Assembly (NCBI RefSeq): GCF_009914755.1
Contig: NC_060930.1
Source of the DNA: the human T2T-CHM13v2.0 reference genome, Homo sapiens
Direction: 5' to 3' (one strand)
Length of the DNA: 64,000 bases
The notes under the pieces are model-generated. The model was not told where the DNA came from and did no database searches. It was given only the letters and a program-made list of their open reading frames with translations. Shown here one piece after another: positions 13,225-30,165 of this stretch. The position numbers and the translations under genes were made by a program. The number at the start of each line of letters is the position of its first letter. Position 1 is the stretch's first letter.

Positions 13225-13465
13225 CCTTCTGGGCATTTTATGATTGGCGTCAGCAGTATATTTTTCTGGGGAATTGATTTATCTCTCTCTCTTTCTCACT
13301 TACTTTTTCTTTGTGAGCAGCTCTCTGTGATTATAATTATGCAACTAGGAGGTCAGAGGGCTATCACTGGGCAGTGCCTGCTGAGCCAGATTGCAGCACC
13401 AGCCCTATTTGAGATTTGCCACATGATGGCGAGGGTAGCCTGTCTGCTGAAATAGCAAGGTTTAC
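13225..13465. promoter_or_regulatory. Candidate enhancer-like non-repeat block
   Basis: Motif cluster TTTTATGA, TGATTGG, CGTCA, TTC-N4-GAA, TGATTTAT, TAATTATGCAA in unique sequence; motif inference only. Confidence 0.3.
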
Positions 13466-15387
13466 TTCAGAGCCTTTTCTCAGATTTTCAGGGGCTATTT
13501 AATCTACTTTGTACCAACTGTTTATGGCTTTTTGGTCTGAAGAGCAGACTCAATAGTATTTTAGCATTCTAAATCCCAAATAAAACCCGAGAAACGCTGT
13601 TATACATAGACAAAAACCATTTCGGCTCAGAGAGGAATAAATACAAGTTTTTGCTTCTCCGAAAGTTGTCTGGATTAACATTTCCTTTAATTATGGTTTA
13701 AAATATGCTAGACTTTCTATTCCTTGTCTTAGACTTTCCTTCCTCGCAAAAGTTCAATTTTATATGTCTTCTTTTTGTTCCTATAAGACAAAACATCTAT
13801 CCATCCCTTCTTCCCTCCAATTTCCAGTTTTTTCATGGATGGAACTTTCAACAAACCTAAAAGTTGACTGGAAGACTCTGACATCTCGTTACTCCGTGCT
13901 TCAGTAGCTGTTAAATTGATAGTTTCAGAGTGGATATCAAACTATCTACTCTATCAGTGTTTTTTAAAAAACGGAAAAAGATTACAGTCTGTCGAAATCA
14001 ATGTGACACTTCTCTGACATGTGTGTCTTGATCGCTTTTTTCCTCAGCATATCCATTCCTTCTGACTATCTCCATTTCTCCATGGCTATCTGAGTCAGAC
14101 AGAGCTTGTCATCTCATAAAAATTGCTCCACCTTTTGCTTAGGTTTCTCTTAATTTTCCGTTTTTCTGTATTTATCCTTCTGTATTTATCACTACAGACC
14201 ATACTTCAAACCAACATGGGTTGGAATTTTACAAGGCAGACGGCGTCTTGGTTTTTCTCCTCAGTAGAATTTCTATTTGTGGCACATGCATTTCCTTCTT
14301 CGCTGAATTCCCAGCAACAGTTCTTAGTAAGGGCAGCTGCTGCTCTGAGCCTCTTTGGAGTTTTCTTTCATTCTCTCTTCACATATCGAACTCATTCTGA
14401 CTTGAAAGGTTCTCAGTCTCCACTGGCCGGGGGAAGGCGGAACATATCACAAGTTGGCAGAGTTGCAGTGCACTGTGCTTTGAACTTGTAAAATTCTTTT
14501 CAAAAGTCAAAATCTTTAAAGGAAAGAAAAGAAGCTTCTGGTACATTTAGACAATGTGAGAACAGGAATGACCCGAGTTTAAAGATAAGGGTTAATGCTG
14601 TGATGTCAGTTCTTGGGCATAACTTCTCGGGAAACTTTAGCTTCACTAAAGCTCTCCGATTTTAAATGCTTTCAAAGCAAACTTTTGGTGTCTGAAAATA
14701 TAAGAAAATAGTAAGAACAGGATTTATGACTCTTTCAGTAATTTATCCTAAAGCATACAAACATGATATTTTGTTGTACTCCCAGAAGCCTCTCTTCATA
14801 GATAAAATTCAGCATTATGCACTTCTACCATTACCACTGCCCTTCCAACCTGACCAAACATTTGGAAAAATAAAATGTAATGAAGGTATTCACTGTCTTC
14901 CCTTTCAGTTAATCTGGGCCTGTTAAGATGCACAGATTGTTAGCACATGCAGCAATTACTTCACACATATTCCTTGTCCAGCCCTGATCATAAGATCACA
15001 TTCTGACTGCCTGTGATTTAGCTCAATAACCAGGGGATGTAAATGTCATTCTGCCCAAGATTCACAGAACGGCTGGTCAGAAATGCCCTCTTCACCTTAA
15101 TATGATCATCTGAAAAATAGGTATACAAATAACATCATAATAATCAGGGAAAAGAACAGAATGTTTTAGAAAAAATACATTACATGTATGCTGAGTTGGT
15201 TCTAGACATTCGCATGAAGCAGAGTTTTTTTAAACCCCATCACTCCTGAGCACCTATGTTTTGCCTCTTGTGTGCTCATGGAACCTCATTCCTCCATCAC
15301 CCACCCCTCCCCTCATCCATCTTCTTTGTCGATATGCTTATTCAGTTCTAATGTGGAGAAAATATCTTCTTCAATCAATTGACACTG

Positions 15388-15541
15388 GGGTTGAATTTCT
15401 TAACTTCAGGTTTACGAACCCCTGAAACCATAGGCGAAATTCTGTCTTTGAGGAACTATGCGCCTTATTCTATAGAAAGTATCAGTAGCTTTCAATGAGT
15501 CTCAAAAGATTCTAGGATCCCCGAATGGTTGAGAACCGTTG
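15388..15541. mobile_element. MER103C-like hAT-Charlie element
   Basis: GAACCCCTGAAACCATAGGCGAAATT..TAGCTTTCAATGAGTCTCAAAAGA..GGTTGAGAACCGTTG (TIR-like end). Confidence 0.7.
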
Positions 15542-17912
15542 CAAAAATATTTTCCTTTAGAAGGACTTGCTAATTTAAAGTCATGCACGTTTAACAGTGA
15601 TATTTCAGGAAGTTCAAGGAAGATAGTCTGAGGCACAAGGGGGTTGGGGGAGACTCCAGGACTTCTTTTAGCTACTCCACAATTCTGGATGTTCACTGTT
15701 CTTCAGAATCTTTAGCTTGCTTTGTTTAGAAAATTTTACTTTTAGCAATTTTGTTTGGTGCATGCCATGAGAAAATGCAGCTAGTTCTTACATGCTAAGT
15801 CCCTCAAGGACTCAGTGGTGTACACTGTGGATTTGGGGACATTGCTGTTCTACTGCAAACTTTAAGTTATTTAGGAAGTAGAGGGTTGAAGAGAAGGAAA
15901 ACATCAATTTTTATTCCATGTATTTGTTCACTTGAGGAAAAGGCATTTTTTTCTGAATTGCTTGAATTGCTGAAAATTAGTATCTATTTTTCAAATAAAT
16001 AAAAGAAAAAACAAAAATTTGCTATATTTTTTGGATTTTAAAGCTAGTAAGACAATAAAAATGACAGATTCAACCCTTTAAAACTTTTCCCTTCAAAAGT
16101 CTGGTGTAGAGGATGCATATAAATTAAAGTCCAGAGGCTGAGGCATTTGATGCCCCAGGTGTAGGGAGATTTCATAATTGTATGATTTTTTTTTTTCAAA
16201 ATGGCTTCTTGCATGGCTACCGTTAAGATAGACTTGCTTGAAAAACATTTTTCTGAAAGCATATCTTGGTCTCATCCTTAATCATTTGAAGGAGAACCCT
16301 CGACTGGATCTTTGTGAAGCTGGAAGGAATCACGATTGCCTCAGAAAGAGGAAGTAGTCAGGTCTGACTTTTAATAAAGAAGGGCTGCTTGCCAATACCT
16401 AATTCCTCTCTACTTGTTTCAAACCTGCGAGGGTAGTTTGTTAAGGAGTTTGTCCTGAGGCAAAGTAACCTGAAGTAAAAATGAATTGGGGGAGGATTGA
16501 ATTTTGAGTCAAAGATAGGAAATAAATTTTCCCCTGAGTTAATTAGCACACATTCTAGGAAAAGTAAACTGTATCAAGAATATTGCCCCTCAGTCATCAG
16601 CTTCTAACTCCTGTCTGGTGACATGAATGCTTCCCCAAATAATGACTGCTTGTCAGAGAGACGGCCTTCCCTACTTGGCTTTCATGCTTACTCTGAGTTT
16701 ATAGACAGGTCTCACAAAAGCTTTTGCTGTGATTTATTATTTTTTAAAATGCTTGTCTCTTCATAAATGACCAAAAAAAGGGGGATTCAGGAGAAATGGA
16801 GAATTCTGTCATATGTTTTATAGACATTCCAGGCAAGCCTGGAACAACAGCCCATTTAAATAACCACTGTATGGATCCATCACGCTGAGCTGAGACATGC
16901 CTCAGCAACCTCTTCATTTCAAAACCAAGCTGTCGGATAAAGAACAGGGAAAAGAGGGGTCTGTAGTCAGCTCATACCTGGGAACTTCTTTGAAAGGAGG
17001 ATGCTGGAAAGAGAGTTGAACGGAGCAGGCTGTGACAGAGGAGTTGAATTTGATCTCTGCTGCTACTCAGAAGCATATGGTTTCCACCCACAGGAAAAAT
17101 CTGCTTTTCTTCTGGCTGCCACACTAATGCAGGCATGAAGGGAAAAGACTTTGCTATCAAATGCATCTCCAGGGTTGGCATCTGTGATTAAAGTTTTCTG
17201 TTTGCCCTGCATCCCTCCTCCAGGTGGTTTTAAAAAAAATTGCTAAAAGTTGTCCCTATTTTTGCTTAGATAGTGGGAATGTAGGTGTTTGTTGTTAGCG
17301 GTTTATAACATACCTATCGGTGGAGTCAATCCTAACTTCATTTAGCCTCTTATCCTGTTATTAGGCTAGTGAAATAATTAAAGGACAGGCCCAGAACTTG
17401 GAGCTTCATAGAGCAGTTTCTTTTGGCTGTTACTAGATGTTGAAAAACATCTGTTTAGGTTGACCGTGAATAAGGCAATTCTTGGCTTCCAAGGTTATTT
17501 ACTGTGAGGTAGAGATCTTATACTAGGGATTAGATGTAAACACTGCCTTCTCTATTTTATAGGTGGGGGATGTGGAGGCTGTGTTACTAATACACAAATA
17601 TAAGAAGACACAAAATGACTCTTAGCAGTAGTTGATTGTGGATTTTGTAGCATGGCAATGGAAGAAAATATGGAGGGCTTCAGGGCAATAGAAGGAAACC
17701 TCTCAGTAGGTGCACAGAGTAGAATTCTCTCCTTCCTTTCCAAAAGCTAGGAAGGCTTAAGACCCCCTCCTACAGCACAGACACAAGAGAGGAGTTGGCA
17801 TTTGTAGCAGGCACATTTCCTATTGAACTTTTAGGGCAAGGATCATGAACGCTGACTTCCTAGCATGTGTGTGAATCCCTTCATTAACATAATGCAAATA
17901 TTTAATGTTCGG

Positions 17913-18196
17913 TTTATTTATTTTTAAGAGACAGGGTCTTGCTCTGTCTTACAGGCTGTAATGCAGTAGTACAGTCATAGCTCACTGCAGCCTCGAACTC
18001 CTAGGCTCAAGCAATCCTCCCTCCTCAGCCTCCCGAGTAGCTAGGATTATAGGCATGCCCAGCTAATTATTTTACTTATCGAGACCAGGTCTCGATATGT
18101 TGCCCAGCCTAATCTTGAACTTCTGGCCTCAAGCAATCCTCCTGCCTCAGCTTCTTAAAATGTTGGGATTACAGGTGTGAGCCACCATACCCAGCC
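17913..18196 (-). mobile_element. AluJ (Jo/Jr-like)
   Basis: GTCATAGCTCACTGCAGCCTCGAACTCCTAGGCTCAAGCAATCC is AluJ-type; ends CCACCATACCCAGCC. Confidence 0.92.
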
Positions 18197-18949
18197 ATAG
18201 CTAATCTTTTAGAAATGCAGTTGATTTAGTCAGATCTTGACTCAATTGCCCAGAGAAGTGAGAGACCAAGAATTGTTTGCTGCCATCTGCATCAATACAA
18301 GGAAGAGACCAGCCCCCTGAATAACATGGGAAACCTATGAGCTCTGGATGCAGAAAAGCATGTGGAAGTGGTACAGTATGGGATCCGCAAAGGACTGCAG
18401 GCAGCTCTCATCTGGGAACTGCAAATCCTACTGGAAACTAAGGTGAACACTTTTCCTCTCCTGTGAATTTACTTGACTAGGGAATTCACAATGCACCTCA
18501 GAGAAAGGCAGGAAGATTGCCCCAGATTTACATTATAGTTAGATTTGCAAGGTACTTTCAATCTGTTTGTAAATTTAGTAAACTCTATGTGGTTCTGTCC
18601 AGACTTTTATTAACTTTCTTAGTTGCCTCTTTAAGTTTCCAAGTTAATAATTTAGTTATTAAAGAGAAGCATCTGCAATTAGGTGCACTAATTCCCAAAC
18701 TGATGTTCAAATTAAAAAATTTGTAGATTAGACCAGGTAAGTCATACCTTATACAGATGGGAGCTAGAACGAGTCCTGAATTTATGATCATGTGGCATGA
18801 AGTGAAGAATCAGCACTTATTTTATTTACTGAAATATTGCAGAGAGTCAAATTCTAAATATATCTTCCGTCACTGTCGGCAACAGCCTTCTAACACTTTT
18901 GTCTGTCTCAAATCTTGCCACATTATGACCACAGTGATCTTGCCAATCT

Positions 18950-19275
18950 CTCTGCATGGCTCCTGCTGTCATTTCCAGCCACATCTCCCTTGGGTCTCTA
19001 ACCCTGGCACTCTACTGTCCATCAATCCTGAAGTGCTTGGAGTCTTCCCAACATGCTCTCTTGTGCTTTGTTTCTTTGCGGATGCTTGTCTCTCTGCCTA
19101 GAATTCTCCCCTTTTTTCCTGGTGGTCACTTGGCAAGCACCTACTTGATCTAAAAGACAAAGCTCAAGCATTTCCCTCTCTCTGTGGACTTTCTAGGCAC
19201 ATGTGGCTGCTCCGTATACATTTGCTGAATGAACAAGTAAATGAATGCATAAAACAATGAAAGTAAACAAATGAA
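18950..19275 (+). mobile_element. L2 3' fragment
   Basis: TCTCTGCCTAGAATTCTCCC, AAGACAAAGCTCAAGCAT, ends CATTTGCTGAATGAACAAGTAAATGAATG. Confidence 0.7.
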
Positions 19276-20963
19276 TGTCTGGCTGTTGCTGCTCTTCTTT
19301 ACTTAGAAAGATTCCACAGAATTCCCAAAGATAGTGCTGCCAGTGTAAATGTTATGATAAATTTGTAATTTTTGAGTCAAATGCTGTAAGGGTTGGGGGG
19401 AAATGTGGCACTTACTGAGGCCAACTTTGACAAACTGCTTGTCTCATTCTGCCTCAGAATGACTTTAAGATTGATTTCTTCATCCTCTCCAGTATCACTA
19501 TCAGCATCTAACATCTAACCTTTAGAAAATCAAAAATGATGAAAACTAAATAATTCAACGTGAAGAGAGCTCACCAGAAGACAAATGGACTATGTGCAAT
19601 ATGTTTGGTTGTGCGGATGTAATCTATCTCAATAATTAAGTATCTGTGCTCGTGAATAGGCTCTAAAACCTCTGAAGACGAGACCTTCAAAGATAAAATC
19701 AAAGGTACTGGTCTTATTTACTAGGTGAAGAATATATCCCCTTGCCATTTCTTTTTTCTTCTCTTAAAGATGTCCAGTTAGTGAAACTTTAGCATTTTTA
19801 ACTACAGGGGTGCATGTATTATTGAGTAGGGAAACTCCAGTATACTGAAGAAATACGGTGGAGGGAGGGAGAAGGTGAGCTCTCTGTGATGAGGGAAAAT
19901 GCACTAAGATACAGAATGTGAAGTGTGAGCTGATTTTGGGTCCTTGTTCTCTCCCTCTCACCCTTTACTTTGGTGTGGATGCCCCTAGGATAGGACACAG
20001 TGGTTTGTTTGCAAGGATGTTCCATAAAGTCAAATTGAGATCTCCACTCCTCACAAGCTCACATGATATTTCTTTAGGGATTATCTTCCTTAATATAGCA
20101 TGCTCCCTGGGTGGGAATGGGAGCAAGGTGTGGCCCCCAGAATTCAGGATGTTTGCTACAAACTAATTTTAACATCATCTAAGTAAAGCATACATCTAAA
20201 TAAAGCATCTAAATAAATGGGTGAATAAACGTTGTCTCTGTTCAGGGGTCTCAGAATATATGCATTATACTACCCCGTTAGGTCCTATACTACTCTGAAA
20301 GTCCATGACCTTCTCTGGTCCTGTGGGATGCTGTGAGCTCATCATCCTCTGCTCAGAGTGAGTAAGACAGGGAACAGGAAGGCATCCTTCTTGCTGGGCA
20401 AGGCCAAGCCAGGCTGCTCCTGAGGGGCCATCCTTAGCAGACCTTGAAAGAACAACCCAGTGCAGCCTCTAGCCTCTGGGCCTGGGCGAGGGATAGTGCT
20501 CTCTTCAGGGAAGGGTAGACAGTCTATGGATAACTATTCCATTCCCACTTGGCTCTTGGCAACTCATACAAGCTCCCAGTGTAGGGCTGTTGTTAAGGTG
20601 TCTGTTGATCTTGCCTGCATGGCTCTTCAGATCTCGCCCTTTCCCCCAGAAACTCAAGTCTTTCTTTTTTCCTTCTCCCCTCCAACCCAGCTGGAAGAAT
20701 CTAGTTTTGGTGCATGGTATTATATGTCTTTTTAAACAAAAATAATTATTTTATTTTATTTTTCCATAGGTTATTGGAGTACAGGTGGTATTTGGTTACA
20801 TGAGTAAGTTCTTTAGTGGCGATTTGTGAGATTTTCATGCACCCATCACACATGAATACACTGCATCATATTTGTAGTCTTTTATCCCTTGCCCTTCTCC
20901 CACTCTTCCCCCTAAATCCCCAAAGTCCATTGTATCATTCTTATGCCTTTGCGTCCTCACAGC

Positions 20964-25080
<4,117 letters not shown>

Positions 25081-25110
25081 CATGTTCTTTGTTGCCTGTG
25101 TACTTCGGTT

Positions 25111-26201
25111 TTATTTTTGTGTTTTTGTTTTTCAATTTGTATTTCTGTTTTGTAGGTCCTGTGTGAGTTATGCTTTAAAGAGGTTCTGTTTTGATTTGTT
25201 TCCAGGATTTATTTCAAGACTTAGAGCTCCTTTTAGCAGTTCTCATAGTGGTGGTTTGGTAATGGCGAATTATCTCAGTATTTGTTTGTCTGAAAATGAT
25301 TGTATCTTTCCTTCATATATAATGCTTAGTTTTGCTGGATACAAAATTCTTAGCTAATTGTTTTGTTTGAGAAGGCTGAAGATAGGGCCCTGATCTCTTC
25401 TAGCTTACAGGGTTTCTGCTGATAAATCTGCTGTTAATCTGATAGGTTTTCCTGAATAGGTTACCTGGTGCTTCTGATTCACAGCTCTTAAGATTCTTTC
25501 CTTTGACTTAACTTTGGATAACCTGATGACAATGTGCCTAGGTGAAGATCTTTTTGCGATGAATTTCCCAGGTGTTCTTTGTGCTTCTTGTATTTGGCTG
25601 TCTAGGTCTCTGGCAAGGCTAGGGAAGTTTTCCTTGATTATTCCCCCAAATATGTTTTCCAGGCTTTCAGAATTCTCCTCTTCCTCAGGTATACCAATTA
25701 TTCTTAGGTTTGATCATTTAACATAATCTCAGATATCTTGGAGGCTTTGTTCATATTTTCTTATTCTTTTTTCTTTGTCTTTATTGGTTTGGGTTAATTC
25801 AAAGATCTTGTCTTCGAGCTCTGAATTTCTTTCTTCTACTTGTTTAATTCTATTGCTGAGACTTTCCAGAGCATTTCACATTTCTAAAAGTGTGTCCAAA
25901 GTTTCCTGAATTTTTTATTGTTTTTGCTTTAAGCTATATATTTCCATAAATATTTCTCCCTTCACTTCTTGTTTTTTTTTTTTTTTTTTATTTATTTTTT
26001 TTATTTCCTTGCATTGGGCTTTGCCTTTCTCTGGCCCCTCCCTGATTAGCTTAATGACTAACCTCCTGAATTCTTTTTCAGGTAAATCAGGGATTTCTTC
26101 TTGGTTTGGGTCCATTGCTGGTGAACTAGTGTGATTTTTGAGGGTGTTGAACAGACTTATTTTGACATATTACCAGGGTTGGTTTTCTGGTTCCTTTTCA
26201 T
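25111..26201 (-). pseudogene. Disrupted L1 ORF1
   Basis: MKRNQKTNPGNMSK* then MDPNQEEIPDLPEKEFRRLVIKLIRE; stops and a poly(A) expansion; 3' boundary approximate. Confidence 0.85.
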
Positions 26202-26893
26202 TTGGCTAGGCTCTGTCAGAGGGAAGGTTGAGGGCTGAAGGCTGTTGTTTAGATTCTTTTGTCCTGCAGGATGTTTCCTTGACAGAATACTCTCCCCCAT
26301 TTCCTATGGATGTGGCTTCCTGTGTGCTGAACTGCGGTGATTGTTGCCTCTTTCCTGGGTCTAGCCAACCAGTGGGTCTACCTGGCTCCAGACTGGTACT
26401 GGGATGTGAACCGCCTATGGGTCTTTCAGCCATGGATACCAGTTCCTGTTCTGGTGGTGGCAGAGGGTGCAATGGACTCTGTGAGGGTTCTTAGCTTTGG
26501 TGGTTTAATGCTCTATTTTTGTGCTGGTTGGCCTCCTGCCAGGAGGTGGTGCTTTCCAGAAAGCATCAGCTAAGTGTGGAGAGGGACTGGCAGTGGGTGG
26601 GGCCCTAGAACTCCCAAGATTATATGCCCTTTATCTTCCACTACCAGGGTGGATAGGGAAGGACCATCAGGTGGGGGTGGGGCGAGGCATGTCTGAGCTC
26701 AGACTCTCTTTAAGTGGGTCTTGCTGCGGCTGCTGTGGGGGACGGGGGTGAGATTCCTAGGTCATTGGAGTTGTGTACCTAGGAGGATTATGGCTGCCTC
26801 TGCTGAGTCATGCAGGTTGTCAGGGAAGTGGGGGAAAGCCGGCAGTCACAGGCCTCACCCAGCTCCCATGCAAACTGAAGGGCTGGTCTCACT

Positions 26894-26939
26894 CCCACTG
26901 TGCCCCCCGCCAAAAGCCCACTGTGCCCCCCGCCAAAAG
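26894..26939. repeat. Perfect 23-bp tandem duplication in the L1 5' UTR
   Basis: CCCACTGTGCCCCCCGCCAAAAG x2. Confidence 0.95.
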
Positions 26940-29509
26940 CCCCGAGCCTGGACAGCCCCGAGTCTGTTTCCAGGCAGAGGGTGAGGTGGCTTGAAAACTT
27001 GCCCGAGGCTACCCGCCTCCCAGCTGCAAGAGAAAAAGGCTTTAGTTCTTCCCTCCCTGTGAAGTCTGCATGCCTGATTCATGCCCTGCCCTGAGTTCTG
27101 GCCAAGATGTTTCTCACCCCATTCAAATTGTTACAAAGTTCAGCTAGAGAATTCCTTTTCCCTGTGGAGTTTTACCCCCTGCTCCTCTGGCCACCCTCCC
27201 GATGGATCTCTATGGTGTCAAGCAGGAATGGGCAGCTTGGAGATCCAGCGAGCTCCCAGCGCCTTTCTGCTGCTTCCTCTACCCCTGTATTTCGCTCAGA
27301 TCTCTAACTTGACTCAGAAACTTCTCCCACAAACAGACCTTCAGCTTCTCCCGTCAGGGTGTGTGTTCAGGAGAGGACGGTCTCCCTTTCCCACATCCAC
27401 AGTTGGGGCACTCACAGTTTTGGGGGGGTCTCCCGGGTCCTGCAGGAGCAGTTTGCTTCCTTCAGAGGGTCTGTGGATCCTTTTGGGATTGCTGATTTGT
27501 TCTTGCAGTTGATCTGGAGCTAAAAATTCACAGTGCAAGCCTCTGCATGCTGCTCTGTCCGGAGCTGAAATCTAGTCCTGCCTCCCGTCCGTCATAATCC
27601 CCTGAATCCAATTGCTCCATCGTATTATCTCTTAATAGGTATAGGTTTCTGGAAACCAAATCATAAAGAATCCTTTATTTTTGACCATAGCCCTTTCTTG
27701 AGGTGAGGATACAGAGTTGAATAGCTGTTTAGATAGGCAAATTGGTGGGAGAGAAAATAATCTATTAATATTCCACAATGTTATCCCACCTTACATAATT
27801 TTGAATACAATTCTGATATAAATATACATCAGAATAGGCAAGTATCTATAATAGATAATATTATAGAGTCAACAATAAGTAGTTTGGCTTAAATTCTGTT
27901 TTGGATGATTCACATCTATGTCTTTAACTCATTGAGAGATAGCTGTGTTCAAAAGTCTGATTTTTATTTTTTATATAGTTCAGCCATTTAAGGGGAGATA
28001 TGGCCTTATGATTTCCAATATTACATTCCGTAATGCAGAAAATGTCTCTTGTAATTTCTAAGGCGATTTTAATTGGTAGACCTAAACAGACCTAGTTTTG
28101 AAGAAGCTGGGCATTTGAATCTCAGAGATTTATGGGTCACTCTGAAGATGTGTGTTGCGTAAGAGAGAGAGAGATTTTCTATATGATGAGATTTTTCTAT
28201 GTATTTTCTACAGAGGGAAAACATACTGTTGCTTAGAAGAGAAAAATCCATGAATACATTTAACAAATGTGCATTCCTCACCTGTGAAATAAATCATGCT
28301 ATTTAGTAAACTACCACCAAATATATCTCAATATGTTAAAATATGAAAACAAATGACTATTCATAAAAATTGAAAGGAAAATATTTTGAACAAAAGATCT
28401 ATAAGGAAAAGATTTCACTTAACTTTAATAAATGGGATTTGGAAGATGAGTTATGTTCTTATGCACTTTCTTGCATTTATAAAATAATAGGCTTATGAAT
28501 CTTCTTTTGCCTGACAGGGTCAAGTAGCATACGGATTTTCTTTCCTCTTTATTTCCACTATTGAGGTGCAACAATCAAGATTCACTCAAATTGTGCTGGT
28601 GGCTCTGATGGAGAGGGTTATATCTCATGTGCAGTGGGACCATGAGAACCATAATATGTTTAACAGCAGTATTCCAGAATTTGTCCCCAATGAGTCTTCA
28701 AGATATTTTCCCTAGGAGGCTTAAATGTACTATAGGTTTGAGGTTATTATTATTTTTTCATGAGGCCAGGTATTTGATTTTGAACTATGCCATTTACACT
28801 CTTGTTGCTCTTTTAGAAAGTGGTCATTTTAGTCACATAATAAAACCATTGCCACAGAAAGTTGCTATCTAAAACAGACACAACACATAACAGTTCCTTT
28901 GTTTTAAACTGCATTGGAAAAAAAAGAATTTCTCTCCAGAAAAGATTAACCCGGTGGTTATACAAAACCAGAATAGGGAATGTAATATGGGAATTATAAT
29001 GATTCAGAAGAGAGTGACAACATGGCAGTTTATTGAGAAATCCAACCATATCATTAATTGCTGCATACAATTGCTACATAAGGGAGATGAAGTTGTTTAT
29101 TATTATTATTATTATGATTATTGACAAATAACCTTTTAATGATTAAGACTCAGTTTTTTTTCTAGCCATATTTCATTGCATACCTGGAAAGCAGATACAG
29201 CATCAAAAGCAATTCTGCTGACCATGCAGGGAATGCATAATGTTGCAATACTATAGTATTGATTTTTTTTAAGATCCTATGCATAACCTTGTAGTAGTTT
29301 TATTTTAGATAGAAAAGATGCAAATACTCAGCTCTTCAGCATGTAAACACTCTTCCCACCATCTCTTTGGTGGCCTTTGTTCTCTTGTTGGGATCAAATC
29401 AATTTCTGTCACTTTGAAACATTTTGTGGAGCTCATCATTTTCTCTTCTTGTGGACTAGTTCGGAAGCTGTTCTGTTTCTTACCAGCTTCAGGCCTTGCT
29501 ACAGTTGTC

Positions 29510-29574
29510 TGTTTGCATTACTGTGAAAGAAGAATTAGTCTCATCTTTTCTTATAAGGAAACCCATGTCATTAG
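29510..29574 (+). repeat. 65-bp dispersed direct repeat, copy 1
   Basis: 64/65 identical to 30101-30165. Confidence 0.95.
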
Positions 29575-29789
29575 TATATAACACTCGCACCTTGGAGTCT
29601 GTACTATATTTTACTATTCTCTAAAGTCTCTCTCTGAGAACAATGGCTTGATAAGTGTTTTCTTAATTTGTAACTCATTGTCCCTCAATTCTGGCTGTAG
29701 TCTTATGTGAATGGCTCAGGGAAGTTTCTCCTTAGTGTATCTAACTTGCAACTTTGATTTACACTTGATTCTAAGTAGGGTGATATCTG

Positions 29790-29791
<2 letters not shown>

Positions 29792-29820
<29 letters not shown>
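29792..29820. repeat. poly(T)29 tract
   Basis: Read directly; no adjoining retroelement body. Confidence 0.95.
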
Positions 29821-29822
<2 letters not shown>

Positions 29823-30100
29823 CATGTAGGCTTAGACCTTGAGATTGTGTTTTTCTTCAAAATTTGGGTTTTTCTGCTCCTACCAATTTTAAGATTGCAG
29901 TAGAGAATACACATCAATGACAGGGGGTGGAAAGAAAGTATAATGGCTATGAAGTAAGAGTTCTATTTTGAGCCAGTAGTGTCTTAAAAAATTATGAAGC
30001 ATGTGATGTCATTTTTAAATTGAGGAAATCTTCAAACATATTTATGTGATATAACTCATTCAATAAGTATGCTATTCTTCACACTAAACTATCTCGCTAT

Positions 30101-30165
30101 TGTTTGCATTACTGTGAAAGAAGAATTAGTCTCATATTTTCTTATAAGGAAACCCATGTCATTAG
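30101..30165 (+). repeat. 65-bp dispersed direct repeat, copy 2
   Basis: 64/65 identical to 29510-29574. Confidence 0.95.

Noticed and set aside
29510-30165. 65-bp repeats as LTRs, a giant TSD around a retrocopy, or CRISPR-like repeats
   Set aside because: No TG..CA/PBS/PPT structure, the poly(T) is 217 bp inside rather than at the junction, only two copies exist, and the context is eukaryotic.
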